NCBI GenBank assembly: GCA_963721525.1
Contig: CAVRJL010000016.1
Coordinates: forward strand, 1 to 64,000
Length of the DNA: 64,000 nucleotides
Direction of reading: 5' to 3'
Source of the DNA: an uncultured Negativicutes bacterium
GTDB lineage: Bacteria; Bacillota; Negativicutes; JBAXTZ01
In this document: piece after piece, positions 1-12,496 of the stretch
Layout: every line of letters begins with the position of its first letter
How positions within the stretch are numbered: the first letter of the stretch is position 1
The notes under the pieces: generated by a model
What the model was told of the DNA's origin: nothing
The model's input: only the letters and a program-made list of their open reading frames with translations
The model's database searches: none
Position numbers and translations under genes: made by a program

Positions 1-310
1 AGCCCTTGGCATCCAGGCCCTGCAGGTCCTTGCCTTCCATCGTCACTTTCCCGGTGGTGGGCTTGTAGAGCGCCAGGATGGTCTTCATCAGGCTGGACTT
101 CCCGCAGCCGCTCTCGCCCACAATGGCAATCGCCTCGCCGTGGCCCAGGTCGAATGTCACCCCATCCACCGCCCGCACGAAGCCGGCATGCCCAAACCCG
201 AAGCGGCGCAACTCGAACCAGACATGCAGGTCCTGGATGGAGAGTAAGGCCGAGTTATCCCCGGTATTTTTATTGATGAGATCGTCTTGTGTTTTCCTGT
301 TAACGGACAT
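1..310 (-). CDS. Oligopeptide ABC transporter ATP-binding subunit (OppF/DppF-like), 3' end runs off window
   Basis: Manual minus-strand translation from ATG 310: ...LHVWFELRRFGFGHAGFVRAVDGVTFDLGHGEAIAIVGESGCGKSS (Walker A); GGAG upstream. Confidence 0.85.
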   Translation of the reverse strand, partial: MSVNRKTQDDLINKNTGDNSALLSIQDLHVWFELRRFGFGHAGFVRAVDGVTFDLGHGEAIAIVGESGCGKSSLMKTILALYKPTTGKVTMEGKDLQGLDAKG

Positions 311-328
311 GCCCTGCTCCTGATACCC

Positions 329-1272
329 TTATTGATATAACCAGCATTTCACCATCCGCCCGTCTTTCTTCACATCCGGCGGATCCTGTTTACATCTCTC
401 GAAAACTTGCGGGCAGCGCTGCAAACCGGCAGCCCTGCGGCAGATCCACCAGGCTGGCGGCTGGCCCGTGATGAACTCCAGTTCCTTGGTGCCGCGCAAC
501 CTTGGCACGCTGGCCATCAGTTTTTGCGAATAGGGGTGCAGCGGCGCTGTGAAGAAATGGGCGGCATCGCCCGTCTCCACGATCTGCCCGGCATACATCA
601 CCACCACTTCATCCGCCAGTTCGCTGGAAGCGGCGATATCGTGGGTGATCAAAATAAAGCTGGTGCCCAGTTCGCTCTTGATGCGCTTCAGCACGTTGAA
701 GATATTGGCCTGCGTCAGCACATCCAGCGCCGAGGTCGGCTCATCCAGGATGATCAGGCTGGGCGAAGTCACCAGCGCCATGGCGATCGCCACCCGCTGG
801 CGCATGCCTCCGGACAGCTCGAATGGGTAGCGACTAAAGAAGTCTCCGGTACGCCCACATGGTTGAACATCTTCAGCGCCGTCTGGATGGCTTCTTCTTC
901 TTCATCCCCAGGTGGATCATGGCGGGTTCGGCCACCTGCTCGCCCACCCGCAGGACCGGGTTGAGCGCATTCATGGCTGCCTGCGGCACCATCGACATGC
1001 CCACCCAGCGCACCTTCCGCCGGAACTCCTCTTCCTCCAGCTTCATCACATCCTGCCCTCCGGCTAACTTCGCCGGTATATTCTCCACATTCCTGGGCAG
1101 CAGCCGCAGGATGGCTTTCACCAGCGAACTCTTCCCGCAGCCGCTCTCCCCAGCACCACCAGGCCCGGTTGTCGTCCAGTCAAAGTGACCTCGTCCACCG
1201 CCTGGACCGTCCCGTGGATAGTCCGGAAGTGCAGCACCAGGTCACGAACTTTAACAGCGTATCTTCTGCCAT
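329..1272 (-). CDS. Oligopeptide ABC transporter ATP-binding subunit (OppD/DppD-like), frameshifted
   Basis: Fragments 873-1121 and 329-805 carry PQAAMNALNP, MRQRVAIAMAL, LDEPTSALD, PLHPYS and VKCWLY; GESGCGKS near 1130-1152; several frameshifts. Confidence 0.85.
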
Positions 1273-1276
1273 GGGT

Positions 1277-2637
1277 TCACACCCCTGAGGCGGGGGTTGA
1301 AGATACGGTCGAGAGCGAAGCCCAGCAGGGCAAACGCCAGGCCGGTGATGCATCAGGCAGAGCAGCCGGCTGCAGGATCCAATAGTAAGGCCCTTGTACA
1401 GCGCCCCGTAATTGAAGGCATCGTCGATGATCTTGCCCCAGGTAGGCAGGGTGGGATCGCCCAGGCCGAGCACGGCCAGGGAGGCCTCCAGGAAGACGAA
1501 GGAGGGAACCGAAAGCACCAGGCTGGGGATGAGGGTGGGGATGATCGCGCGGAATCAGATAAAGCCTGATGATGCGCCGGTTGCTCGCGCCATAGGCTTT
1601 CGCCGCCTCGATATAAGTCGTTTCCTTCACCTGCATGAAGATGGCCCGGTAGGCCTTGATCTGCCCGGTGAAGATGCTCAGGGCAACCGTGGCACCCAGG
1701 ATAACCCAGATGCTGCGGCTGAAAAGGGTGCCGATCATGGATCAGGATCGGGCAGGAAGGGCGGTCCAGGTCACCTAAGTAACGCTGGATGAACCCATCC
1801 ACCCAGCGGCCATACCAGGCGCCGATGGCAGCAATGACCATGGTAAGGACAGACGTCCCGACCGATGCGATCAGGCCGAAGGCCAGGGCCACCGGCACGC
1901 CCCACAGCAGCGCCACCATCAGGTCACGCCGGTAGAAGTCCGTTCCGGCCAATCCGGCCACCTGGCCCTGGAAAACGAACTCGGCGGATAAATCCGAACC
2001 TTTCTCCCAGGCGATCCCGGTGACCACCAATTGGTAGGTACCCTTGATTGGAACGGGGTTCTTCGGTTTTTTGTTTGCTTTTTGATCGGTGAACAGGGCA
2101 ATCATGGGGTCTACCCCGTTCAATTTCGTTTGCAGGACCGAGTCTTGTGATATGCGATAGGTATACTCGGCTAGGAACCCCGAAATTTGCGAATGAAATT
2201 TTGCGGCCATCCGGGGTGATCCACACCAGGGAAGCAAAGGGCTGCTTTTTTAGAAATTGGGTTTTGAAATACAGCGCGATATCCTGGGGGAAGTCATCAT
2301 ATTTGTAATCAAACGTATAGGTCAGCGTGATGGTGCTGCTGCCGTCGCTGTGGGTCTTGACGGTCCTGGTCAGGTTGCCTTTTTGGGCATTGATGACAAA
2401 AGAGATGGGTTCTTTTTTGCTGGTAAATAAGTTATACCATTCCGGTGGAACGGTCTTCGGATTTGGATACCAGACATCCTCGCCGCCACGCCACAAATCA
2501 ATCGCCTTTTGATAAGGAATGGCGATCATGGTATAGATGGCCACACCGATCAATACCAGAATTACCACCCCGCCTACGATTGCGGAAGGTAACGGGCAAT
2601 TTCCTGGAGCGCTTTTTTTAAAATTGTTCATGGTCAT
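1277..2637 (-). CDS. Peptide ABC transporter permease (OppC-like), frameshifted
   Basis: Overlapping fragments 1924-2637, 1353-2237, 1277-1738, 1180-1518 give GTDFYRRD, YIEAAKAYGAS (EAA motif), FLEASLAVLGLG.P..PTWG. Confidence 0.85.
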
Positions 2638-3739
2638 TCACCCACTTTGACTCTGGGGTCAACCAGGGCATATACGAAATCCAGCACGAACACGGTCAGG
2701 GCCAGCAGGTAGGCATAAATGATGGTGATACCTACAATGACCGGCGTATCATAAAACCCAATGGCCGTATACAAAGCGCGACCCAGGCCGGGCCACAGGA
2801 AGACTGTTTCCGTAATGATGGCACCCTGCCAGACGCCGATCAGCAGCAGGGCAAACTGGGTAATGATGGTGGGGAGAGTCGGGCGCAGGATGTAACGGCG
2901 CTCGATATTGCGGGCCGTCAGCCCCTTGGCCTTGGCCATTTCCACATAATCTTCACTGGAATAGATCAAGAAAAAGGTGCGCCAGTTGTAGATTTGAAGG
3001 AAGAAAGAAGCCAGGATCAACGATAGAGCCGGTAGCGCCATGTGTTTGAGCACACTCAAGGCGAATAAGAATGGATTGGTCGGGACAGGCGTATCGGTCA
3101 GCCCGCCAAATGGCAGGATATGCAATACCGCGCAAAGATCAGGATCAGGAAAATGCCATAGAACCAGGGCGGCACGGTGGAGGTGGGGGAAAGCGCAATG
3201 GTGAGCTTATCCACAGGCTGCCATAATGCCGGGAGAGCGCCAGCGCCAGGAAAAGGGTGCTGAAGAACAGGAATAATTCCAGGTGCCCATCAACAGCAAG
3301 GTGGCCGGCAGGCGCCCCAAAATGATCAGGCGCACCTGCCTGGAGCCGTTATCAGCGGTCATGTTCTGGGCACTGCCAAGGTTGAGACCAGCGCGTTCCC
3401 AAGATAGCGGAAGCTGCGGACCATGAAGGGCGTATTCAACCCCAGACGATTTTCTTCCAAGGTGATAGTGGCTTCCAATAGTTTTGACGATGGCAGTGTT
3501 CATCCTCTGGTAAGCTTTATTACTCATGAAAGACGTGGTTACAGTATCGCGAATCTGGTCTTTCATGATCGTGTCAACATATCCACCCATGTTTGCAATC
3601 ATGATGGTTAAACAAACGCCGACCACCATGGTGAAGAACAGCGTCAACAAGCGCGTGAGCGTGTAGCGACCAACACACCCAAAAGTGCTCGAAGAGCTTT
3701 TCTTCTGCACAACGGGAGCAGCCTGATTTCTACTGCCAT
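2634..3739 (-). CDS. Peptide ABC transporter permease (OppB-like), frameshifted
   Basis: Fragments 3207-3710 (RLPATLLL) and 2634-3125 (EDYVEMAKAKGL, ITETVFLWPGLG, DPRVK); GAGGTG RBS upstream of ATG 3739. Confidence 0.85.
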
Positions 3740-3780
3740 TGCATCACCTCATATCAACGTGGGACTTTCGAAAGGGGTAC

Positions 3781-3877
3781 GCATTTTGAGTGTATACAAT
3801 TGAACACCCTGCGGTATCCCTGCGGGTATCCCTACGGGATGCTTCCGGTGCTATGCAACTATATACACTCAAAATGC
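3781..3877. repeat. 16-bp inverted repeat enclosing short GC-rich tandem repeats (REP/MITE-like)
   Basis: gcattttgagtgtata (3781-3796) pairs with tatacactcaaaatgc (3862-3877); interior ccctgcggtat ccctgcgggtat ccctacgggat. Confidence 0.65.
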
Positions 3878-3906
3878 GGCGCTTCTTTCATATTCATTGG
3901 TTAATG

Positions 3907-3934
3907 ATAGGGGCAAGGTTACCCTTGCCCCTAT
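3907..3934 (-). terminator. Stem-loop downstream of the substrate-binding protein gene
   Basis: ataggggcaagg-ttac-ccttgcccctat, 12-bp perfect stem. Confidence 0.65.
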
Positions 3935-3958
3935 ATTAGTAATCACATTTGGAGCCGC

Positions 3959-4947
3959 TTACGGTGCAACGGTCACGAACTGTTGCGTAAAGAAGGTTGG
4001 AATGGCAACCGGAATGGTAACAACGATGATCTCAAGTTTATCCGATCCAGCTGTCAACTTGGTGGTGATTCCGAGGTCAGGGCAACCGTATAAGCGCCTT
4101 CGGCGGTCATCTTCGCATCACCCTGGTTGACGATGGTATTGGTGGCGTCGAACAGCAGGTATTTGACGCTGGTGATATCGCTGGAAGGATACGGAGCATT
4201 GTTGAAGCTCACACTCACATTGAAGTCACCTTCCGTGCCGGTCGTCACCTGGGCGGGCCCATCCACGAAACCACCGCAATCTTGGGCGGGCTGAACCGGG
4301 ACCATTGTACGGTTCATACGGGAAGGCCGGGTAGCGGGTCATGGTGGCGGTCTTTTCCGTGGTGGAGGCGGTCCCAGCATGTAGGGGCCGGTGCCTACCC
4401 AGAAGTTGCCATGGGCCTTGTACCAGGCTTTCAGGTTGGCATAGGCGGTCGCGGCATCATCGGGCGTAATGTACTTGCTCAGGGTGGGCGTATGGGATTA
4501 ACTTCGTGGTAATGGCTTCGTCCAGGTACCCGGAAAGGATATCCAGGCTCGGGCCGCCTACAAAGTTGGTCCACTCGATCTTCTTGGCAGTGGCTTTATC
4601 ATCAGAGTAAGCCAGTTGTCCGGCAGCTTCGGCCAGGTTGGCGACTGCCAGCACATGCCAGGAACCTTCACCATAAGATACCATGGGTACAAGGTGGTCA
4701 CATCCAGTTCGGCATCTGCGGAATAAAAATTCTGATAGTACTCGATCGTCAGCGGGCTGGTGGAGGTGATCGGGAAGGCTGCGAAGCCCTGCAGAAGATT
4801 GGAAGTTCGGCAGTGCCGCATCATCATAGATCTTGCTGTCTTTATTGGCACGATCGAAGGTCATGATCATGGTCATCAGGAAGTCTGCCACCGACAGCTT
4901 GGTACCGTCGTGCCAGGTGACCTTGTCGAACAGGTCAGCGAAGGGGA
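3959..4947 (-). CDS. Peptide ABC transporter substrate-binding protein, C-terminal part only, frameshifted and cut at the compositional junction
   Basis: ADLFDKVTWHDGTKLSVADF (family 5 SBP motif), Ig-like C-terminal fragments, stop at 3959. Confidence 0.75.
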
Positions 4948-5246
4948 GTAACTGTTTTTTTCGTTTTTTAAAAATTTGTGAAGTTGGTAAATTCAAAGTT
5001 ATACATATATAAAAGGAAATTTTATTTAATTCTTCTAGTAATTCTATGATATTCATTATTAATAAAAGCTAATGCTTTAAAACAAAATTGAGAACAAGTT
5101 ATTATTGCTGGTCCCAAACCAGCAATAAAATTGTTGAGAATTCTTCGGTAACGCGGATAATAAATGATATTTCAGTAACAATATTTCTTGCTAAAAATTA
5201 CATCTCAATAATGAAAAAATATTTAAAACCATCATTTTTTAGTAAA

Positions 5247-5290
5247 AAATTATATTATAAATGTATAAATTATATTATAAATGTATAAAT
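5247..5290. repeat. 20-bp tandem duplication upstream of recA
   Basis: tatattataaatgtataaat x2. Confidence 0.9.
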
Positions 5291-5299
5291 GGAGGCGAA

Positions 5300-6361
5300 A
5301 TGTCTGATAAATCATCAGAAATTTTTATAGATAAGTCTAAGGCGCTGGATTTAGCAATAAAACAAATAGAAAAAGATTTTGGTAAAGGATCAATAATGAA
5401 GTTAGGTGAAGCAAATGAGCGCATGAATATCGAAACTATTTCGACAGGAATGCTTACTCTTGATTTAGCATTAGGAATAGGCGGATTGCCTAGAGGAAGA
5501 ATAGTAGAGTTATATGGACCTGAGTCAAGTGGAAAAACTACAGTTGCTTTACATGTTATAGCACAAGCTCAAAAGCAACAAGGAGGTATAGCAGCTTTTA
5601 TAGATGCTGAACATGCCCTTGATGCTGAATATGCTCGTAAACTTGGAGTAGATACTCATAGTTTGTTAATATCGCAACCTGACAATGGAGAGCAAGCTTT
5701 AGAGATTGTTGAAGCACTTGTTCGAAGTGGGGCGATTGATGTAATAGTGGTTGACTCAGTAGCTGCTTTAGTGCCTAAAGCAGAAATTGATGGGGAAATG
5801 GGAGATTCGCATATGGGTTTACAAGCTCGTTTAATGTCTCAGGCGATGCGAAAATTGACAAGTATATTAAATAAATCACATACAATTGCTATCTTTATAA
5901 ATCAAATTAGGGAAAAAATTGGCATAAGCTTTGGTAATCCTGAGATAACTACGGGAGGAAGAGCCTTAAAATTTTATGCAAGTATTCGCATGGATGTCCG
6001 ACGTGGCGAGCAAATAAAAGTCAATGGAACCCCTGTAGGTAACAAAACTACGGTAAAAATAGTAAAAAATAAAGTAGCTCCTCCTTTTAAAACCGCTAAT
6101 TTTGACTTAATGTATGGCAAAGGTATATCAAAAGAAGGTTGTTTAATTGATATGGGTACTATTACTAATATTTTAGAAAAAAGCGGTACTTGGTATTCTT
6201 ACAATGGACAAAGGTTAGGTCAAGGTAAGGAAAATGTAAAAAATTTTTTGCAAGAAAATTGTATAATAGCAGAAGAGATAGAACAAAAAATAAAAAAATA
6301 TGTGGCTAATGGCGAATTAGGTTCAATGAAAATTGTAAATGATAGTGATATAGAAGAATAG
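5300..6361 (+). CDS. recA: Recombinase RecA
   Basis: [25 protein letters not shown]; GGAGG RBS before ATG 5300. Confidence 0.99.
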   Translation: MSDKSSEIFIDKSKALDLAIKQIEKDFGKGSIMKLGEANERMNIETISTGMLTLDLALGIGGLPRGRIVELYGPESSGKTTVALHVIAQAQKQQGGIAAFIDAEHALDAEYARKLGVDTHSLLISQPDNGEQALEIVEALVRSGAIDVIVVDSVAALVPKAEIDGEMGDSHMGLQARLMSQAMRKLTSILNKSHTIAIFINQIREKIGISFGNPEITTGGRALKFYASIRMDVRRGEQIKVNGTPVGNKTTVKIVKNKVAPPFKTANFDLMYGKGISKEGCLIDMGTITNILEKSGTWYSYNGQRLGQGKENVKNFLQENCIIAEEIEQKIKKYVANGELGSMKIVNDSDIEE

Positions 6362-6419
6362 TAATTTAAAAGTATTAAGTATGCATTTATTTTTAAATGT
6401 TTTGAAAGGAGGTGTAGGA

Positions 6420-7958
6420 GTGGAAATAGCGTATGTTATTATGATACTTATCATTTTTATTTTAGGATGGTTTATAGGATATTTTTTTAGAAAAAGATTA
6501 GCCGAATTAAAAATTCAATCTGCTGAGGAAGCTGCTATAAGAATAATTGAAGAAGCACGCACAATAGGCGAAGCACGTAAAAAAGAAGTTTTATTAGAAG
6601 CTAAAGATGATATTTTTAAGATAAAGACCGAGTTTGAAAAAGAAAGCAAAGAAAGACGCAATGAATTAAATAGACTAGAAAAACGTTTATTATATAGGGA
6701 AGAAAATCTTGATAGAAAAATTGACAATTTTGAAAAAAAAGAAGAAAGTATTACTTTGAAAGAAGAAATGGTAGAAAGTACTCAAGAAAAAATTAACGCT
6801 ATTTATTTACAGCAGAAAACGGTTTTAGAAAAAATAGCGGAAATGTCAGAAGAAGAAGCACGTGAAATAGTATTAAAAAAAGTAGAAGAAGCCAGTAGAC
6901 AAGAAATGGTTGAACTTATTCATTCTATTGAAAAACAAGCAAAAGAAGAAGCTGATAAAAAAGCAAAAGAGATAATTTCGGTAGCCATCCAACGTTGCGC
7001 TGCTTATCATGTTGTCGAAACAACTGTATCTGTAGTACCGCTTCCTTCAGAAGAAATGAAGGGAAGAATTATAGGGCGCGAAGGTCGTAATATTAGGACT
7101 TTAGAAAATATCACTGGAATAGAACTAATTATAGATGACACTCCTGAAGCTGTTATTCTCTCGGGATTTAATCCTATTAGGAGGGAAATAGCAAGAATGG
7201 CATTGGAAAAACTAATTAGTGATGGTAGGATACATCCAGCGCGTATAGAAGAAGTAGTTGGAAAATGTCAAAAAGAGATTGAACAAATAATATGCGAAGC
7301 TGGAGAACAAGCTGTTTATGAAGTTGGTTTACATTCTTTACACCCTGAAATTATAAAAACACTTGGACGATTAAAATATCGTACAAGTTTTGGACAAAAT
7401 ATTTTAAAACATTCTATTGAAGTAGCACAAATAGCTGGATTATTAGCTAGTGAAATTGGAGTAGATCCAATTTTAGCTAAACGTGGAGCCATGTTGCATG
7501 ATATGGGTAAAGCGATAGATTTTGAGATGGAAGGTTCTCATATACAAATTGCTGTGGAGCTTGCACAAAAATATGGCGAGCATAAAGATATCATAAATTG
7601 TATAGCTGCTCATCATGGAGAAATAGAGCCAGAGACAATTCAAGCCGTTTTGGTACAAGCTGCTGATGCTATTTCAGCAGCACGACCTGGAGCAAGAAGG
7701 GAAACACTTGAATTTTACCTTAAACGATTGCATAGATTGGAAGAAATTGCCAATTCTTTTGAAGGAGTTGAAAGATCTTTTGCAATTCAAGCAGGTCGAG
7801 AAATAAGAATTATCGTTATGCCTGATAAAATTGATGATTTAGCAGCAATACAAATTGCTAAGAATATTACAAAAAGAATAGAATCAGAGCTAAAGTATCC
7901 TGGTCAAATTAAAGTTACGGTTATTCGAGAGACAAGAGCTGTAAGTTACGCAAAATAG
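6420..7958 (+). CDS. rny: Ribonuclease Y
   Basis: N-terminal TM, coiled coil, KH ([12 protein letters not shown]), HD domain, [10 protein letters not shown]; follows recA. Confidence 0.98.
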   Translation: MEIAYVIMILIIFILGWFIGYFFRKRLAELKIQSAEEAAIRIIEEARTIGEARKKEVLLEAKDDIFKIKTEFEKESKERRNELNRLEKRLLYREENLDRKIDNFEKKEESITLKEEMVESTQEKINAIYLQQKTVLEKIAEMSEEEAREIVLKKVEEASRQEMVELIHSIEKQAKEEADKKAKEIISVAIQRCAAYHVVETTVSVVPLPSEEMKGRIIGREGRNIRTLENITGIELIIDDTPEAVILSGFNPIRREIARMALEKLISDGRIHPARIEEVVGKCQKEIEQIICEAGEQAVYEVGLHSLHPEIIKTLGRLKYRTSFGQNILKHSIEVAQIAGLLASEIGVDPILAKRGAMLHDMGKAIDFEMEGSHIQIAVELAQKYGEHKDIINCIAAHHGEIEPETIQAVLVQAADAISAARPGARRETLEFYLKRLHRLEEIANSFEGVERSFAIQAGREIRIIVMPDKIDDLAAIQIAKNITKRIESELKYPGQIKVTVIRETRAVSYAK

Positions 7959-7959
7959 G

Positions 7960-7997
7960 AAAAAGCTATATCATAAATATTTTGATATAGTTTTTTA
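7960..7997 (+). terminator. Probable intrinsic terminator after rny
   Basis: aaaagctatatca...tgatatagtttttt hairpin with T-tract. Confidence 0.55.
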
Positions 7998-8049
7998 TGA
8001 TTGTAACATTAAAAACAATGTGATAACTTTTAAATAAAAAGGGAAATAG

Positions 8050-8570
8050 ATGAAAATTATTGCATTAATAGGTCCAAGTGGAACTGGTAAAAGTTATAAT
8101 TCTATAAAGGTCGCATTAAGGGAAAGATTGGATGCAATTATTGATGATGGATTATTAATTTATAATGGCAAAACTATAACTGGTTATTCAGCTAAATTAG
8201 AGCTAAATAAGATGAGTGCTATTAAAAGAGCCATATTTATTGATAACGCTCATGCTGAACTTATAAAAGAAGCTCTTACATGTTATGGAATAAGAAAGCT
8301 TATTAATAGTCTTTTGATTCTTGGTACGTCTAAAGCTATGATAGAAAAAATAACAACGAGATTAAATATTCCTAGAGCAGGGCAATTTATTCGTGTAGAA
8401 ACAATAAGCACTTAAAAAGACATAAAATATACACTAATAAGAAGAACTTTTTCAGATGAACATGCTGGTCCTTTACCTAAGATAGAATTAAACTCTTCAT
8501 GGATATAATTATTCCAAAGATCTTTAAAAATAGTGGTAGAGTATTTTGTGAAAGAATTAAGTGCCTATTA
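8050..8570 (+). pseudogene. Conserved clostridial P-loop protein, interrupted by a premature TAA at 8413
   Basis: GPSGTGKS, IIDDGLLI, ILGTS..M; the frame continues past the TAA with family-like KDIKYTLIRRTFSDEHAGPLPKIEL. Confidence 0.6.
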
Positions 8571-9063
8571 GGATAAATATCTATTAACGATAAAGTTATA
8601 AGACGTAGGGTTGATAACACAAATAAAAATTATGTGGTTATTATTATAATAACTCAAATATGCATATAAAATATTTGAATATAAAGAAATTAAAATTATT
8701 AGCTAAAATTGCAAACGCACAAATATTGGTATGAGGGTTACAATTTATCTTAAAATAATTGTGTAGCTACGATTATTTTTGATGATGTATTATCGATAAT
8801 TCAATAATGAAGGTCACGAGAAATACTTACTTTTAAATTTATCAATCACATGCCATTAATCCTAAATATTTTTTCTATAAAACTTATATTCATAGAAAAA
8901 ATTAAGTACAAGATTGTGATTTTTTTAAACATATGCTATCATACTGTGTTGGATGTTATTAAATAAATTAAAATAAAATTATGCGTTAGAGTCAATTGAA
9001 AAACAATATATATTTTTAATCATATCTATACGAAAGGAGACGCTTATTAAGCTATATAATTTA

Positions 9064-10359
9064 ATGAATATAACATTTAATAAAGTGGATAAGAACAAAA
9101 TGGAACTTTTATTTGATGTTCCGGCAAGAATGTTTATTAAATCAATTAATAAGGCGGTTCTAGAAATAGCAAGTAAGATTAATATCCCAGGATTTAGAAA
9201 AGGTAAAGCACCGCGTCATATTTTAGAAAACTATTTAGGTAAAAATATAGTTTTACAGGAAGCATATAGAATAGCAGGGGCAGAAATATATGCTGATACT
9301 CTCAGGAAGGAAAGAATAGATGCTATAGGACAGCCGAAATTTGAACTTATAGAAATGAAGGATGAATTTGGTTTAAAGTTTAAAGCTATTGTTACACTAA
9401 AACCTGATGTAGTGTTAGGAAATTATAAAGAGTTAAATATAGAAAAAAAACAAATTGAAGTAACTGAAGAAGATGTAGAAAAATATATTAATGATCTTCG
9501 TACTCGTTTTGCTAAAGTAGTTGTTTGTTCACTTGAAACTAAGTTGGCAAAAGGACATACTGGAGTCATTGATTTTAAAGGATTTATTGAGGATAAACCT
9601 TTTACTGGCGGAGAAGCTAAAGCTTATTCACTGGAAATAGGTTCGAATGCTTTTGTTCCGAATTTTGAAGAACAATTGATAGGGATGAAGGCTGGAGAGC
9701 AACGAATTGTAAATGTTAAATTTCCTCAAGGGTATCATATCTTTGAGTTAGTAGGTAAAGAAGCTAAATTTGAAGTAATGTTACATACAATAAAAGAAAA
9801 AGAGTTTCCTGAACTAAATAACGAATTTGCGAAAGAAGTTGCCGATTTTGAAACAATGGCTGAATTTCGAGAAGATGTTAATAGAACCCTGAAGGAAAAT
9901 GCTGCAATAGCTTCACAAAAAGAGTTTGATAAAGAAGCTATAAGAACGGTTATTGATAATTCATTTTTTGAAATACCGCAAGAAATGGTTGACAATAGAG
10001 TTGAGCAGCTTGTATATGCTTTCTCAACCCAATTAAAGCAACAGGGTGTAAATTTAGATAAATATCTTGAATATACGAAAAGTAGTTTAGAATCGTTTAA
10101 TAATCAACAAAAAGATATCGCTATAGAACAATTAAAGTATGAGCTAGTTATGGATGCGTTGGTTAAAGCAGAGAATATTGAGATAAAAGAGAAAGAAATA
10201 GCTGAACAATTAGAAAAAATAGCGCAAGCACATAAATTAACAACTACTCAAAGTACAAGCCTATTGCGAAAAAAGAATCGGTTTAATGAAGTGCGTACTT
10301 TATTGTTACGTAGAAAAGCACATGAATTTATTGTTAAGCAAGCTAACTTTATAACATAA
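9064..10359 (+). CDS. tig: Trigger factor
   Basis: IPGFRKGKAP, FKBP domain; upstream of clpP. Confidence 0.97.
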   Translation: MNITFNKVDKNKMELLFDVPARMFIKSINKAVLEIASKINIPGFRKGKAPRHILENYLGKNIVLQEAYRIAGAEIYADTLRKERIDAIGQPKFELIEMKDEFGLKFKAIVTLKPDVVLGNYKELNIEKKQIEVTEEDVEKYINDLRTRFAKVVVCSLETKLAKGHTGVIDFKGFIEDKPFTGGEAKAYSLEIGSNAFVPNFEEQLIGMKAGEQRIVNVKFPQGYHIFELVGKEAKFEVMLHTIKEKEFPELNNEFAKEVADFETMAEFREDVNRTLKENAAIASQKEFDKEAIRTVIDNSFFEIPQEMVDNRVEQLVYAFSTQLKQQGVNLDKYLEYTKSSLESFNNQQKDIAIEQLKYELVMDALVKAENIEIKEKEIAEQLEKIAQAHKLTTTQSTSLLRKKNRFNEVRTLLLRRKAHEFIVKQANFIT

Positions 10360-10406
10360 AAATAGTATTATTTTAGGCAACTCAGAGAAAATGAGGATAA
10401 ATATTA

Positions 10407-11006
10407 ATGTATTATGTTCCGATGGTGATTGAGCAAACAGGTAGAGGCGAAAGAGCTTATGATATCTATTCCCGCCTTTTAAAAGAGCGTATAATTTTTG
10501 TAAGTGGACAAATAGATGAATCGTTGTCAAGCCTTGTTGTGGCGCAGTTGCTTTTTTTGGAAGCTGAAGATTCAGAAAAAGATATTTTCATGTATATAAA
10601 TAGTCCAGGAGGCTCGATTTACGCTGGTATGGCAATTTACGATACTATGCAGTATGTCAAGCCAAATGTTTCTACCGTTTGTATTGGGATGGCTGCAAGC
10701 ATGGGTGCTTTTTTACTTTGTGGAGGCAATAAAGGTAAGCGCTTTGCTCTTCCACATTCGCGTATAATGATTCATCAGCCAGTTGGAGGTGTCAAAGGAC
10801 AAGCGTCTGATATAGAAATACATGCCAAAGAAATTTTAAAATTACGGCATCTAATGAATGATTTAATGGCTCAACATACTGGTCAAAAAATAACAAAAAT
10901 AACTGCAGATACTGAGCGAGATAACTATATGACAGTATCGGACGCATTAGAATATGGACTAATAGATAAAATAATGGAAAGGCAAGAAAAAGTTAATGAA
11001 AAATAA
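10407..11006 (+). CDS. clpP: Clp protease proteolytic subunit
   Basis: [30 protein letters not shown]. Confidence 0.99.
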   Translation: MYYVPMVIEQTGRGERAYDIYSRLLKERIIFVSGQIDESLSSLVVAQLLFLEAEDSEKDIFMYINSPGGSIYAGMAIYDTMQYVKPNVSTVCIGMAASMGAFLLCGGNKGKRFALPHSRIMIHQPVGGVKGQASDIEIHAKEILKLRHLMNDLMAQHTGQKITKITADTERDNYMTVSDALEYGLIDKIMERQEKVNEK

Positions 11007-12288
11007 GAATAGTGTCAATGGATTAAGTTGTTCTTTTTGTGGGAAACAACATTATCAAGTAAAAAAATTAATTACAGGTCAAGGAGTGTACATTTGTAAT
11101 GAATGTATTGATATTTGCAATGGAATTCTTGAAGAAGATATAATTGAGGAAAAAGTAGATGATGTAGTTATGCCCCTTACAAATTTACCAAAGCCTATAG
11201 AAATAAAGGCATTTTTAGATGAATATGTTATAGGACAAAAAGAAGCTAAAATTACTTTATGTGTTGCTATTTATAATCATTATAAACGTATTATGCCTTT
11301 ATATAATAAATCTAAGGAAAAAGTAGAAAATAATGAAGACGAAGTGGAAATACAAAAATCTAATATTATTTTACTTGGGCCAACTGGCTCTGGCAAAACA
11401 TTATTAGCGCAAACTCTTGCTAAAATACTTCATATTCCATTTGCTATTGCGGATGCGACTACTTTAACTGAAGCAGGGTATGTTGGCGAAGATGTTGAAA
11501 ATATTTTAGTTAAATTATATAGAAATGCTAATATGAATGTTTCTAGAACACAACAAGGAATAATCTATATTGATGAAATAGATAAAATAGCACGTAAATC
11601 TGAAAATCGTTCTATTACCCGAGATGTTTCAGGAGAAGGAGTGCAACAAGCTTTACTTAAAATTATTGAAGGAACAACGGCTAATATTCCTCCAACAGGA
11701 GGAAGGAAACATCCTACTCAAGATTTCATCACAATTGATACTAAAAATATTTTATTTATATGTGGAGGTTCTTTCGAAGGAGTAGAAAAAATAATTAAGC
11801 AACGTATAGGTAAAAAATCGTTAGGGTTTGGAGCGACAATAACTGAAATAAATAAAGACAATTCATACGATACGCTGAAAGAAATTATTCCTGTAGATTT
11901 GATTAAATTTGGATTAATACCTGAACTCGTGGGGCGTTTACCTATAGCAGTAGCTCTTGAACCATTGAATATTGAGATATTAAAAACTATTTTCACTAAA
12001 CCTAAAAATGCGCTTATTAAACAATATAAAAAATTATTACAATTAGATGGAATAGAGTTAGAGCTTGAACCCGAAGCTTTAGATCTTCTATGCAGAGAAG
12101 CTTTAGCTCTTTCTACCGGTGCTAGAGGATTACGTTCAATTATTGAAAATATAATGCGCGATATTATGTTTGAAGCCCCTTCTGAAAAAAATGTAAAAAA
12201 GTATATCATAACTGCTAATTCTATTTTATACAAAACTAAGCCTTTAATGGTAAAATATTCTGAAGTAACAGAAAATAAATCAGCATAA
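10996..12288 (+). CDS. clpX: Clp protease ATP-binding subunit
   Basis: CSFCGK zinc finger, [20 protein letters not shown]. Confidence 0.99.
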   Translation: MKNKNSVNGLSCSFCGKQHYQVKKLITGQGVYICNECIDICNGILEEDIIEEKVDDVVMPLTNLPKPIEIKAFLDEYVIGQKEAKITLCVAIYNHYKRIMPLYNKSKEKVENNEDEVEIQKSNIILLGPTGSGKTLLAQTLAKILHIPFAIADATTLTEAGYVGEDVENILVKLYRNANMNVSRTQQGIIYIDEIDKIARKSENRSITRDVSGEGVQQALLKIIEGTTANIPPTGGRKHPTQDFITIDTKNILFICGGSFEGVEKIIKQRIGKKSLGFGATITEINKDNSYDTLKEIIPVDLIKFGLIPELVGRLPIAVALEPLNIEILKTIFTKPKNALIKQYKKLLQLDGIELELEPEALDLLCREALALSTGARGLRSIIENIMRDIMFEAPSEKNVKKYIITANSILYKTKPLMVKYSEVTENKSA

Positions 12289-12496
12289 AAAATCTGTAAA
12301 TAAAATGGATTTTTGTTGCTCTTGGTCGTTAGTCAGAATAAAAATAAGAGGATGATTGTTACTATGTCATTGAAGTAGTTAGGTTTTACTCGTAAAATTA
12401 GAGAGTACTCACTTTTATTAAATTTTGTTTAAGAAAAGATATTATTTATAAATCTAAAATAATAAAATATTAATTAGTGTTAGCTTTTTATTTAAA

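Noticed and set aside
329-4947. Frameshifts in the ABC operon as programmed recoding or true pseudogenisation
   Set aside because: Dense scattered indels with well-preserved motifs and codon style fit uncorrected read error better
4457-5056. 199-aa minus ORF as a real fusion protein
   Set aside because: It crosses the compositional junction; the AT-rich N-terminus is unrelated to the substrate-binding protein part
5090-5200. cinA remnant or 11-bp hairpin upstream of recA
   Set aside because: Only a short IAGP match plus position; too weak to call
12290-12490. engB/yihA remnant after clpX
   Set aside because: Only faint motif traces; not supportable without an alignment
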